The translations under genes were made by a program, and so were the position numbers. DNA of 25,345 bases. It comes from a virus. Lineage: Duplodnaviria > Caudoviricetes. Where the stretch lies: positions 1 through 25,345 of IMG/VR virus record IMGVR_UViG_3300020045_001271; one strand, 5' to 3'. Shown piece after piece: positions 18,575 to 25,345 of this stretch (its first letter is position 1; each line of letters opens with the position of its first letter). The notes below the pieces were generated by a model. That model was not told the DNA's origin and did no database searches. It saw only the letters and a program-made list of their open reading frames with translations.

Positions 18575-18606
18575 AGTTTCTATTGTTTTAAATGATTGTT
18601 GTTAGT

Positions 18607-18774
18607 TTACATTTCTGAAACTATCGGGTTTTTCAAAAAGTCTTTAATTAATGTAGCTAAATATTGTTTTTGACTAAGCATTAAGTTTCCGTCTACTTCT
18701 TCGTCTAAAATAGTAAATATTTTCTTAGAAGTTTGTTGTAAATCTTTGATGTTTTCAGTTGTAAATATTTTCAT
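18607..18774 (-). CDS. Small hypothetical protein (55 aa, MKIFTTENIKDLQQ...NPIVSEM; not in the ORF track)
   Basis: Manual translation; fills the gap between neighbours and has an ATGA overlap with the upstream ORF. Confidence 0.7.
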   Translation of the reverse strand: MKIFTTENIKDLQQTSKKIFTILDEEVDGNLMLSQKQYLATLIKDFLKNPIVSEM

Positions 18775-18905
18775 AATCTGTTGTTTTTATTATTCTCCAT
18801 CCACCAACTGATAAACCCGCATAAAAAGCAGATTAGAATGAACGTTGTTGTTAGTTGGAGAGGGGTTATTTGATTAATAAACCTCGATACTGTCCCCAAC
18901 AACAT
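18771..18905 (-). CDS. Possible small membrane protein (about 44 aa; start uncertain)
   Basis: Hydrophobic stretch TFILICFLCGFISWW and ATGA coupling to the next gene. ATG at 18905 overlaps the upstream gene by 32 nt. Confidence 0.35.
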   Translation of the reverse strand: MLLGTVSRFINQITPLQLTTTFILICFLCGFISWWMENNKNNRL

Positions 18906-19302
18906 AATTGCAAAAGTTAGTTGAATTTTCAAAAGTACCGTTATTAAACTTAATTGTGTAAATAACATCAGTTCTGTTTTCTACATGAGTTTCAACCTTT
19001 ACAGCATCAGTTGTTGACGCTCCGATTAATCCACCTACAATAGCTCCGCTTTTTGCAGAACCGCCAATAATCATAGAGCCTAATCCACCTAATATAGCAC
19101 CTCCCGCTCCACGTTCAATAACATTTCCACCACTTTGAGTAGTTACGTTTACTTGGTATGAATTTACTTTACTGGTAATTTCAGTTACTACTTTGTATTT
19201 TCTTACTCTTTCAGATTTAGGAGTTTCTAAATCTTGTTTTTTACTTTCGTTGCAACTGCTTAGCAACACAATTAACAATGCAGTTCTTAATACGTTTTTC
19301 AT
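18874..19302 (-). CDS. Lipoprotein with a glycine zipper (142 aa)
   Basis: Signal peptide II MKNVLRTALLIVLLSS-C and GAGGAILGGLGSMIIGGSAKSGAIVGGLIGA zipper. ATG at 19302 preferred over TTG 19311. Confidence 0.85.
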   Translation of the reverse strand: MKNVLRTALLIVLLSSCNESKKQDLETPKSERVRKYKVVTEITSKVNSYQVNVTTQSGGNVIERGAGGAILGGLGSMIIGGSAKSGAIVGGLIGASTTDAVKVETHVENRTDVIYTIKFNNGTFENSTNFCNYVVGDSIEVY

Positions 19303-19314
19303 AATTTCCAATAT

Positions 19315-19533
19315 TTAAAGTTTATTTTTAACCAGCTCCCCAACAACCGCCTTAACACCGCTACTGGGTTTATGAATGTTTACCCACTGCTCGAATGAAA
19401 TATATTTAACCACTTCCAATCCGTGCGCTATTTGTTTACGGTTATGCAGTGATATAATCGATGTTCGTTGTACCGGACAAGTTAATTGTTGGTAGTAATT
19501 GGTTTGGGTGATTGTTTCGGTTGGGGTTGTCAT
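19315..19533 (-). CDS. Hypothetical protein (72 aa)
   Basis: ATGA overlap with the YopX-like gene; fills the gap to the lipoprotein gene. Confidence 0.65.
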   Translation of the reverse strand: MTTPTETITQTNYYQQLTCPVQRTSIISLHNRKQIAHGLEVVKYISFEQWVNIHKPSSGVKAVVGELVKNKL

Positions 19534-19907
19534 GATAGTAGCTCTGGGTTTTCGTGAATGTTTCCGATTACTTCATATATGTAGTTCCAATGCTTTCTTA
19601 ATTTAATATAACTGCCTCCGTACTTTAACACAAAAGCACATATTTCATCATTAAAAATAACTTCATGCGTTGTTTTCATTCTTTCTCCCGTCCAATTTCC
19701 AACTCCTCTGTCAAAAATAACAATATCTCCCTCATAAACTTCTGCTCCATTTTTACCTAATATGCCAGAATATTGCATAAATTCATAACTGCTATATTCG
19801 TTAGCTAAAACTAATTCTTTTTCTTTCATAAGCATCGGGATATCTATTCCATAACTCATCATACTGCTTTCTTTATGAAATACTCTAAACTTTATCTCTC
19901 TACTCAT
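19530..19907 (-). CDS. YopX family protein (125 aa)
   Basis: MSREIKFR...MQYSG...NG.EVYEGDIV...EVIGNIHENPELL are hallmark YopX motifs. Confidence 0.95.
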   Translation of the reverse strand: MSREIKFRVFHKESSMMSYGIDIPMLMKEKELVLANEYSSYEFMQYSGILGKNGAEVYEGDIVIFDRGVGNWTGERMKTTHEVIFNDEICAFVLKYGGSYIKLRKHWNYIYEVIGNIHENPELLS

Positions 19908-19929
19908 AATTTCCTTAATTTATCACAAA

Positions 19930-20043
19930 AGCCACAACTTCTAACATGGTTTCGCTTTCATGTTGTCGGTGAATGGCTGTTTGCTTGTTATTTATTTCTC
20001 CCGATTCTAGCAGTGATTTATATTGGTTGCGAAACTATCACTG
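19930..20043 (-). ncRNA. Candidate structured leader: two hairpins with complementary loops
   Basis: Stems cagtgat/atcactg and aacatg/catgtt (plus agcca/tggct); the loops contain gcgaaac and gtttcgc. Strand assignment is tentative. Confidence 0.35.
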
Positions 20044-20053
20044 TTTTGAATTT

Positions 20054-20061
20054 CAAATATA
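20054..20061 (-). promoter_or_regulatory. Possible -7 promoter box TATATTTG upstream of the yopX leader
   Basis: Exact TAnnTTTG match in intergenic DNA; no -33 element at canonical spacing. Confidence 0.45.
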
Positions 20062-20070
20062 TACATTATT

Positions 20071-20226
20071 TCAATCGGTTGTATGCGGTGGTGGTAATTT
20101 AGAATCGTTACCAATAAGCTCCCGTAATGTTTCAATCTTAATATCAATCAAAGCATTCATTATGCCTTTTGTTTTTTGAGATTGTAGGTTTTGGATTTGT
20201 TGGTGGATTTTGCAGGTGGTTGGCAT
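20071..20226 (-). CDS. Small hypothetical protein (51 aa, MPTTCKIHQQIQNLQ...; not in the ORF track)
   Basis: ATG directly follows the upstream TAA; manual translation is open for 51 codons. Confidence 0.55.
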   Translation of the reverse strand: MPTTCKIHQQIQNLQSQKTKGIMNALIDIKIETLRELIGNDSKLPPPHTTD

Positions 20227-20460
20227 TTAGAGTATTGTATTGATTAGGTACATTCCAGTTATTGCTCCACATCCAGCTCCTAAAGCATAAATAGTTTTTT
20301 GTTTGAATGTAGATAAAGCGATTTTAGACACGTTAAATGCCCAAAGCAAGCTAATTGCAAAAGAAGCAAAGAAAACGCCTAAAAATAGCTGTTTTGATAT
20401 TAATAACGTATTTATAGCTACTAATGCGATTTGAAAAAATGATTGTAAAAATATTTTCAT
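20227..20460 (-). CDS. Small multi-pass membrane protein (77 aa)
   Basis: About three hydrophobic segments. ATG 20460 lies 1 nt after the MTase stop, so it is preferred over the track start. Confidence 0.8.
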   Translation of the reverse strand: MKIFLQSFFQIALVAINTLLISKQLFLGVFFASFAISLLWAFNVSKIALSTFKQKTIYALGAGCGAITGMYLINTIL

Positions 20461-20461
20461 G

Positions 20462-21145
20462 TTAAAATAGTTTGGTTTGTGCAACGTGGTTTTTAATTCT
20501 CTTAATTGCTGAATCGTAATAGTCTTTATCAAGTTCGCAAGCGGTTAATTCAAATCCGTAGTCGTGGCAAGCAATAGCGATTGAACCAGAACCTAAGTGC
20601 GTGTCTAAAATTTTATCTCCTTGCTTTGCGTATGTTTTTAATATCCAAGAATATAATTGTACGGGTTTTTGTGTAGGATGTGTTTTCTTTTCTTTTTGAG
20701 GGTTGTTTAAATATCCAAACCCAATCCAATCATAAGTAAATCTTCTTAATACACAATTAAACGAGGTCCACGCAAGTTCGCCATCTGAATAATTTGTATT
20801 ATTTGCGTTTGTTATTTTCTTATCCCAGAAAATCCATCCTTTTGTAGGTTGTAATAAATCAGCAAAATAATTTCCACCCCAGACAATTTGATTTTTTGAA
20901 ACTCTTTTAAGTTCTATAAAATAATCTTCACTTGGCCTTTCATTATCCCATCCTTTTTTTTCGTGATGTTGTTTAATTGAAAAAGTACTTGCCTTTCCTG
21001 CTTTTCCTTTTACTGTTGTATTTCCATCAAATCCAATACCATAAGGCGGGTCGCAAATAGCAAGGTCGTAAAAATTATCAGGGGTTCTTTTCAATAACAC
21101 CATGCAATCCTCGTTTGTTATTATAATCTTATCGGTTACTTCCAT
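20462..21145 (-). CDS. DNA methyltransferase, N6-adenine/N4-cytosine type, beta-class motif order (227 aa)
   Basis: Catalytic DPPY near the N-terminus, HPTQKP, and SAM-binding DTHLGSGS near the C-terminus. Start likely MEVTDK (21145). Confidence 0.93.
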   Translation of the reverse strand: MEVTDKIIITNEDCMVLLKRTPDNFYDLAICDPPYGIGFDGNTTVKGKAGKASTFSIKQHHEKKGWDNERPSEDYFIELKRVSKNQIVWGGNYFADLLQPTKGWIFWDKKITNANNTNYSDGELAWTSFNCVLRRFTYDWIGFGYLNNPQKEKKTHPTQKPVQLYSWILKTYAKQGDKILDTHLGSGSIAIACHDYGFELTACELDKDYYDSAIKRIKNHVAQTKLF

Positions 21146-21191
21146 TCCTATTTTTTTAATTAAACAAATATAATTCATTCCGAATTAAGAA

Positions 21192-21704
21192 TTATTCTAA
21201 ATTAACCGACTTCATACCCATAATTAATTCACACTTTCCTTTATATCCTTTTTTAAAATAAAAGTTACCTACACTAAAACCAAATGGAAACCCTATTAGA
21301 TTGCCACTACCATAAACAATAATGGATTTTATACCTCCATAATTATTTATCATTTCCATTATAACTTGACGTTGGAAAACTTTGTTTGTAGGTACTAGAA
21401 AAGAAACATTATCAGCATATTTAAAACTATGTTCTAAAAATTTATCAAATATACTATATGGTGGATTTCCAATAATCCAATCTACTTTTTCTTCAAAATG
21501 CAAAAAGTCAGTACCTTCTTCTAATTCGCAATAAACCTTTCCATTTGGAAGATAATCATAAAACGCACCATCGCCTTTACATGGGTCTAAACAAATGCCT
21601 TTTGGATTAAGATGTTTTATAATGTGTTTTGATACGTTTCTTGGAGTATAAACCACGTCTTTTTCTAAAACTTCTGCAGTGAATAATTTTAATATTTCGT
21701 TCAT
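21192..21704 (-). CDS. Compact DNA adenine methyltransferase, gamma-like motif order (170 aa)
   Basis: YTP, LDPCKGDGAF (SAM-binding), DFL, then IIGNPPY (catalytic). Confidence 0.88.
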   Translation of the reverse strand: MNEILKLFTAEVLEKDVVYTPRNVSKHIIKHLNPKGICLDPCKGDGAFYDYLPNGKVYCELEEGTDFLHFEEKVDWIIGNPPYSIFDKFLEHSFKYADNVSFLVPTNKVFQRQVIMEMINNYGGIKSIIVYGSGNLIGFPFGFSVGNFYFKKGYKGKCELIMGMKSVNLE

Positions 21705-21719
21705 ATTTTCTATATTTTA

Positions 21720-21986
21720 TTACTTCCAAACCCTCCCCATTTCCTCACTACCAATCTTAAACATAAATTCATCTTGGTATCCAAACTGAAACCCTATTGT
21801 TTCGTCGGTGTCTATGTAGCGGATGGCGTAGAGCCAAATACTCTTTAGTACTCCTTGCACCCATTTATCTGGCTCGGTTCTTCTTTTCATTGTCCCAACA
21901 TACTTAAACACCCTATTATTATTCGGGTCGGTTTGTAATTCGTTGTTTAAGTAAATTGTTAGGTTAGGTGTTTTAATTTTTTGCAT
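21720..21986 (-). CDS. Hypothetical protein (88 aa)
   Basis: Co-oriented ORF filling the gap; no recognised motif. Confidence 0.7.
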   Translation of the reverse strand: MQKIKTPNLTIYLNNELQTDPNNNRVFKYVGTMKRRTEPDKWVQGVLKSIWLYAIRYIDTDETIGFQFGYQDEFMFKIGSEEMGRVWK

Positions 21987-22004
21987 AATATAAATGTATT
22001 GTAA

Positions 22005-22260
22005 TAAATTCTATCGGTATAAGGTTATAGGTATAAACCCCCTATAAGGGGTTTTATATACCGATAACTTATTACGAATTTATCGGTTTAAAAATTAGTT
22101 TTGTTATCATATGATAATGTTTTTAACAATATGGTTGCTTTATTCTTATAAAAAGTTGGTTTAAAAATGCGAATCTTATTTTTAACCAGATTAAACCAAG
22201 CGAAAACTCCTACAAATTATCGGTTTAATTTTAACATTTGGTATTTTTAAACCTTAAACC
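22005..22260. other. Putative origin of replication (AT-rich, iteron-like repeats, palindromes)
   Basis: Non-coding gap right after the AAA helicase gene, with four TATCGGT copies, repeated GGTTTAA/TTAAACC, a 10-bp inverted repeat and a 14-bp palindrome. Confidence 0.65.
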
Positions 22261-23300
22261 TATAGGTGAGAAGTTTCCGACAAAAAATAATTGGTTCTAG
22301 CTCCATCGTTATAAATCCAGTTCATTTCTTTACAATATTTTACTAAATCTTTTGCGTTTGAAATTCCTAATCCAGAAGCATCTTTTATTTTTTCGATTAG
22401 TACAGTATACCCAATACCTAAATCTTTGCGTACAGACGAGAAAACGGTATTTAAAAGAATAATTTTTTCGTCGTCTGTAATTTGCTTTTGTTGTTTTCTA
22501 CCAGCTTTTGGAACTTCATAGCAAACTTCCATTATTTCTGGTTGCCCGTCGTTTATTTGAAAGCTCCAATTTTCTGGCTTTCTATTTCTGGTTGCTAAAG
22601 TTTCCACAAGTTTTACAGATTCCTCTTCTTTTGATGAAGAAATTTGAATAACTGTTTCAGACTTATTTGTTAGTATAGTTCCTAAGTGTCCACGCATTTT
22701 AGAAGATTCCGACGGGTTCTGGTGTATTACGTTGCAAATATGAATGTCACAATCTGTTGCCCATTTTCGTAATTCAGAAACCATTTGAGAAGATTCTCTA
22801 ATATCGTTAGGGTCGTAAATTAAATCTGCAATTCCATCTATTACAAGAAGTCCGCATTCTGGAGTATTATATATTAATTCTCTCGTAAAATCTTTTCGCT
22901 CCTCTACTGATTTTGCGTCGAAATTAAACATATACAATTTATCACAACCAACTTCTTTTTGAATACGTTGTAGGATTAATAAAATATGATAATCGCTTTG
23001 TTCTGTATCGATGTAAATTATTTTGTCTTTACCTTTTGGTAAGTAAGAACGTAGCGTTCCAAATTCGCCTTTTTTCAAAACAGCAATATTTAATAAAGTC
23101 ATAAGAAAAGTTTTTCCGACCTTTGCTTTTCCAGTAATACAAGAAATGTTTTTTCTACTCATTACCATTTCATTTCCAAAAAATAGAACCGATTCTGGTT
23201 TTGGTATTTCGTCTGTTGGTAGAATACGAAGTTTTAGTATCTGTTCATAAGATACTTTTTTCTTTATTTCTTCTCCATTTATAGGTAAGGTTTCAAACAT
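22260..23300 (-). CDS. AAA_25 / RepA-like (RecA-fold) replicative helicase-type ATPase (346 aa)
   Basis: Walker A GKAKVGKT, IDTEQS, Walker B LLVIDG, VIHQN, MRGHLG; C-terminal possible winged-helix region. Confidence 0.85.
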   Translation of the reverse strand: MFETLPINGEEIKKKVSYEQILKLRILPTDEIPKPESVLFFGNEMVMSRKNISCITGKAKVGKTFLMTLLNIAVLKKGEFGTLRSYLPKGKDKIIYIDTEQSDYHILLILQRIQKEVGCDKLYMFNFDAKSVEERKDFTRELIYNTPECGLLVIDGIADLIYDPNDIRESSQMVSELRKWATDCDIHICNVIHQNPSESSKMRGHLGTILTNKSETVIQISSSKEEESVKLVETLATRNRKPENWSFQINDGQPEIMEVCYEVPKAGRKQQKQITDDEKIILLNTVFSSVRKDLGIGYTVLIEKIKDASGLGISNAKDLVKYCKEMNWIYNDGARTNYFLSETSHL

Positions 23301-23802
23301 TTTTATAAGCTGTTAAGGATTCATTTATATTTCTGTTTAAGTGAGCAACAACATTATCATAATCCCACATATCGGTAACTTCTAAAAATTCTCTGGCGTT
23401 GATTTTTGGAAATAATTTTTGATTATCTTTATATTTTTGTATTGCCTCTTCCATTGGTTTTCCAATTATGAACGGATCGATGATGCCCTTTGATTTAAAA
23501 AAGTTTTGTATTTCAAATGTTTGTAAATTCATTTGAAGAAATTGGATATGATAGTTAATAGGCGTCGACAATTCCTTATTTAATTGCTGGTTTGCAAAGT
23601 CTATATCCTCATAATGACTAAGAAACTGTGATAAAACAAAGGTGTACAATTTAGCAAATAAAGCGTTATCTTGTATCGTTTGTGTATCTGAATTATTGAT
23701 AAATGTAATCAACGAATTTAATGCTACTTTATCTGTTTCGTTTGGTTTATTTCCTTTTGAAATAGTGTAAGTTAATCTGGATATTGCTTCTTTAGTTTTC
23801 AT
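23293..23802 (-). CDS. Hypothetical protein in the replication module (169 aa)
   Basis: Overlaps both neighbours by a few nucleotides; no motif recognised. Confidence 0.8.
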   Translation of the reverse strand: MKTKEAISRLTYTISKGNKPNETDKVALNSLITFINNSDTQTIQDNALFAKLYTFVLSQFLSHYEDIDFANQQLNKELSTPINYHIQFLQMNLQTFEIQNFFKSKGIIDPFIIGKPMEEAIQKYKDNQKLFPKINAREFLEVTDMWDYDNVVAHLNRNINESLTAYKNV

Positions 23803-24184
23803 CTTTTAACCATTTTATATGTTGTTCAATATTTTTTTGGAACTCGGACAATGAACGGAAAACAAAATATATCCCACCCAATTCTTTAACTCGCCTTTCG
23901 ATTTCTTTTTGTTCTGTCGATTGCGTTCCAGTGTCAGTTTTACATTCTGGCATTATACACCGACCGTTAACTCCATGAATTATCAAATCTGAAATTCCAT
24001 TTACCATTCCAGTCTTATGCAACAAGTCTAACGCCCGCGCCCGTTCTTTTGGTGGTATTGGTATTGGTATTCCATTTGGTACTGAATGAATCAATAAACG
24101 AGGTTTATGATGTTTTAAACAATACGTATTATTAAACCAGTTAAACGATTCTTGCTGTATTTTTGACTCTGGAGTTATTTTCAT
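23792..24184 (-). CDS. VRR-NUC domain nuclease (130 aa)
   Basis: ESKIQ, SVPNG, GM..GISDL, ECKT..G.QS.EQ PD-(D/E)xK pattern. Confidence 0.9.
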   Translation of the reverse strand: MKITPESKIQQESFNWFNNTYCLKHHKPRLLIHSVPNGIPIPIPPKERARALDLLHKTGMVNGISDLIIHGVNGRCIMPECKTDTGTQSTEQKEIERRVKELGGIYFVFRSLSEFQKNIEQHIKWLKDEN

Positions 24185-25345
24185 AATATTTATCTAATTT
24201 ATTTTTAATTTTATTGATAATCCATGCTTTGGTTCTCATAGTGCCACTTTCAAGATAAGAGTTCTGTATTGTTTGGTATGGCTCTTTTATTAAATTCCGT
24301 ATTGACTGTTCAAATTTTCCGTTTTCTTGTGTTTTTGAATACGTTCCGAAAGTAACTGAATGAAATATAAAAAGGTCGATAATTTGATTCATCAAAATAA
24401 GCCAAGCAAAATTTTTATCTCTTCCAATTTTTTCTACATATTTTACAATTTTACTACCGTTTGGTTTTGGTATTTCGTCGATTAATTTTGCAACTTCGCC
24501 ACTTACTGAAATTTTCTGTGTCGGGTCAATATAAACATACTCACATTCTGGACAAACAGATTCATTTTTTGCGTGTATCATTCCGCATTCTGGACATTGT
24601 TTGGTTTGATCTAACGCTTCTTTTTTAGGCTTTGGTTTATCATTATTAAAAAAATGACTTCGCCAATCAACTTCATCACTCCATTTTCCAAACTCCGCAA
24701 CATTTCCACCGCCATCTATTACGGTAAAATAAGGTTTGTAAATTTCATCACATTTCCTACCACCCCTACCAACCATTTGATGATATAGTGATAATGATTT
24801 TGTAGCTCGGTTTAATATCACGCATTCTACTGTTGGTTCGTCAAATCCAGTAGTAAAACAATTTACATTCAATAGTATTGCGTCTGGAGTTTCTTTAAAC
24901 CATTTCAATACTTTTTTTCTGTTTTCGGTTTCGTTTACGCTATCAAATAATTTTACATTTTCATATCCAGCTTCTTGAAAAGCTTGCAAAACAAGTGAAT
25001 TGATTTTTGAGCTGGAATTAAATATTATTGTTTTTTTACCCAGTGCAATTTCTTCATAGTTTTTTACTACATCAAAAGAATGTTGCCCATAATATTCATC
25101 GCTACTTTTTGTGTCAAAATCTCCAGTTTTGTTATCAATTTTTAATAACGAACGGTCAATACTTCCAGTACAGTAAACCAATGCTCTAACCAAACGTTCT
25201 GACACAATCAATTCAGAAATAGAAGTTCCGATTATTATATCTTCATATATTTCAGATAAAGAAAACCTTCTTGAATACTCGTAAGTTTCGTAATTATGGC
25301 ATTCTGTAACTGTATCGTATTCTTTATTGCAAACGTGGCATTTAG
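24141..25345 (-). CDS. Superfamily 2 helicase (RadD/IRC3-like) with C-terminal zinc finger, 5' end outside the window
   Basis: Motif V (TTGFDEP), motif VI (QMVGRGGR), and CPEC...CPEC. The frame stays open upstream of 25211 to the window edge, so the track start is not the real start. Confidence 0.92.
   Translation of the reverse strand, partial: KCHVCNKEYDTVTECHNYETYEYSRRFSLSEIYEDIIIGTSISELIVSERLVRALVYCTGSIDRSLLKIDNKTGDFDTKSSDEYYGQHSFDVVKNYEEIALGKKTIIFNSSSKINSLVLQAFQEAGYENVKLFDSVNETENRKKVLKWFKETPDAILLNVNCFTTGFDEPTVECVILNRATKSLSLYHQMVGRGGRKCDEIYKPYFTVIDGGGNVAEFGKWSDEVDWRSHFFNNDKPKPKKEALDQTKQCPECGMIHAKNESVCPECEYVYIDPTQKISVSGEVAKLIDEIPKPNGSKIVKYVEKIGRDKNFAWLILMNQIIDLFIFHSVTFGTYSKTQENGKFEQSIRNLIKEPYQTIQNSYLESGTMRTKAWIINKIKNKLDKYYENNSRVKNTARIV

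Larger units (their letters stand above)
1..25345 (-). mobile_element. Siphovirus-like phage or prophage segment (replication, accessory, packaging, head and tail modules), probable Bacteroidota host
   Basis: Co-oriented TerS-TerL-portal-scaffold-capsid-tail tube-tape measure order, no tail sheath gene, Bacteroidota-type promoters. Both ends are truncated, so free phage and prophage cannot be distinguished. Confidence 0.95.

Noticed and set aside
18880-18915. Second attC-like end (ATGTTGTTGGGG) at the lipoprotein 3' end
   Set aside because: No partner arm found, and it is adequately explained by the protein sequence YVVGDSI.
920-20179. All plus-strand ORFs in the track (e.g. 920-1159, 12177-12536, 14090-14434, 19875-20102, 19973-20179)
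   Set aside because: Antisense shadows of well-supported minus-strand genes or elements, with no recognisable motifs.
22005-22260. CRISPR array
   Set aside because: Repeats are 7-12 nt, irregularly spaced and in both orientations; no cas genes.
20462-24184. Restriction-modification system formed by the methyltransferases and the VRR-NUC nuclease
   Set aside because: VRR-NUC is coupled to the helicase in the replication module, its usual phage context as a junction-processing nuclease, and is separated from the methyltransferases.
1-25345. Stop-codon reassignment as in some Bacteroidota phages
   Set aside because: Genes are intact under the standard code, and TAG and TGA both end genes at sensible boundaries (451, 7924, 22260; 17133, 19530).

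Overview
Low-GC (roughly one third G+C, judged by eye) segment of a tailed phage or prophage, with all credible genes on the minus strand. The host is most likely Bacteroidota, probably Flavobacteriaceae-like: TAnnTTTG -7 promoter boxes, A-rich translation starts without Shine-Dalgarno, and a Bacteroidota-type AAA_25 gene. In transcription order (right to left): a replication module (SF2 helicase cut by the window end, VRR-NUC nuclease, AAA_25/RepA-like helicase, then a repeat-rich putative origin); an accessory block (two orphan DNA methyltransferases, small membrane proteins, YopX-like protein, glycine-zipper lipoprotein, hypotheticals); packaging (TerS, PBSX-type TerL); head (portal, scaffold, major capsid, probable decoration protein); and a non-contractile tail (major tail protein, 1140-aa tape measure, large tail-tip proteins, the last cut by the window start). 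No integrase, lysis genes, tRNA or CRISPR were seen. The most interesting signals are non-coding: a two-hairpin leader with complementary loops inside a TAAC...GTTA-bounded element upstream of yopX, a multi-stem RNA with a coupled minigene just before the terminator preceding terS, a promoter firing into a terminator after the major tail gene, near-identical translation-start repeats bracketing apparent add-on genes, and strong GATC depletion. All structural and functional calls were made by eye and need computational or experimental confirmation.
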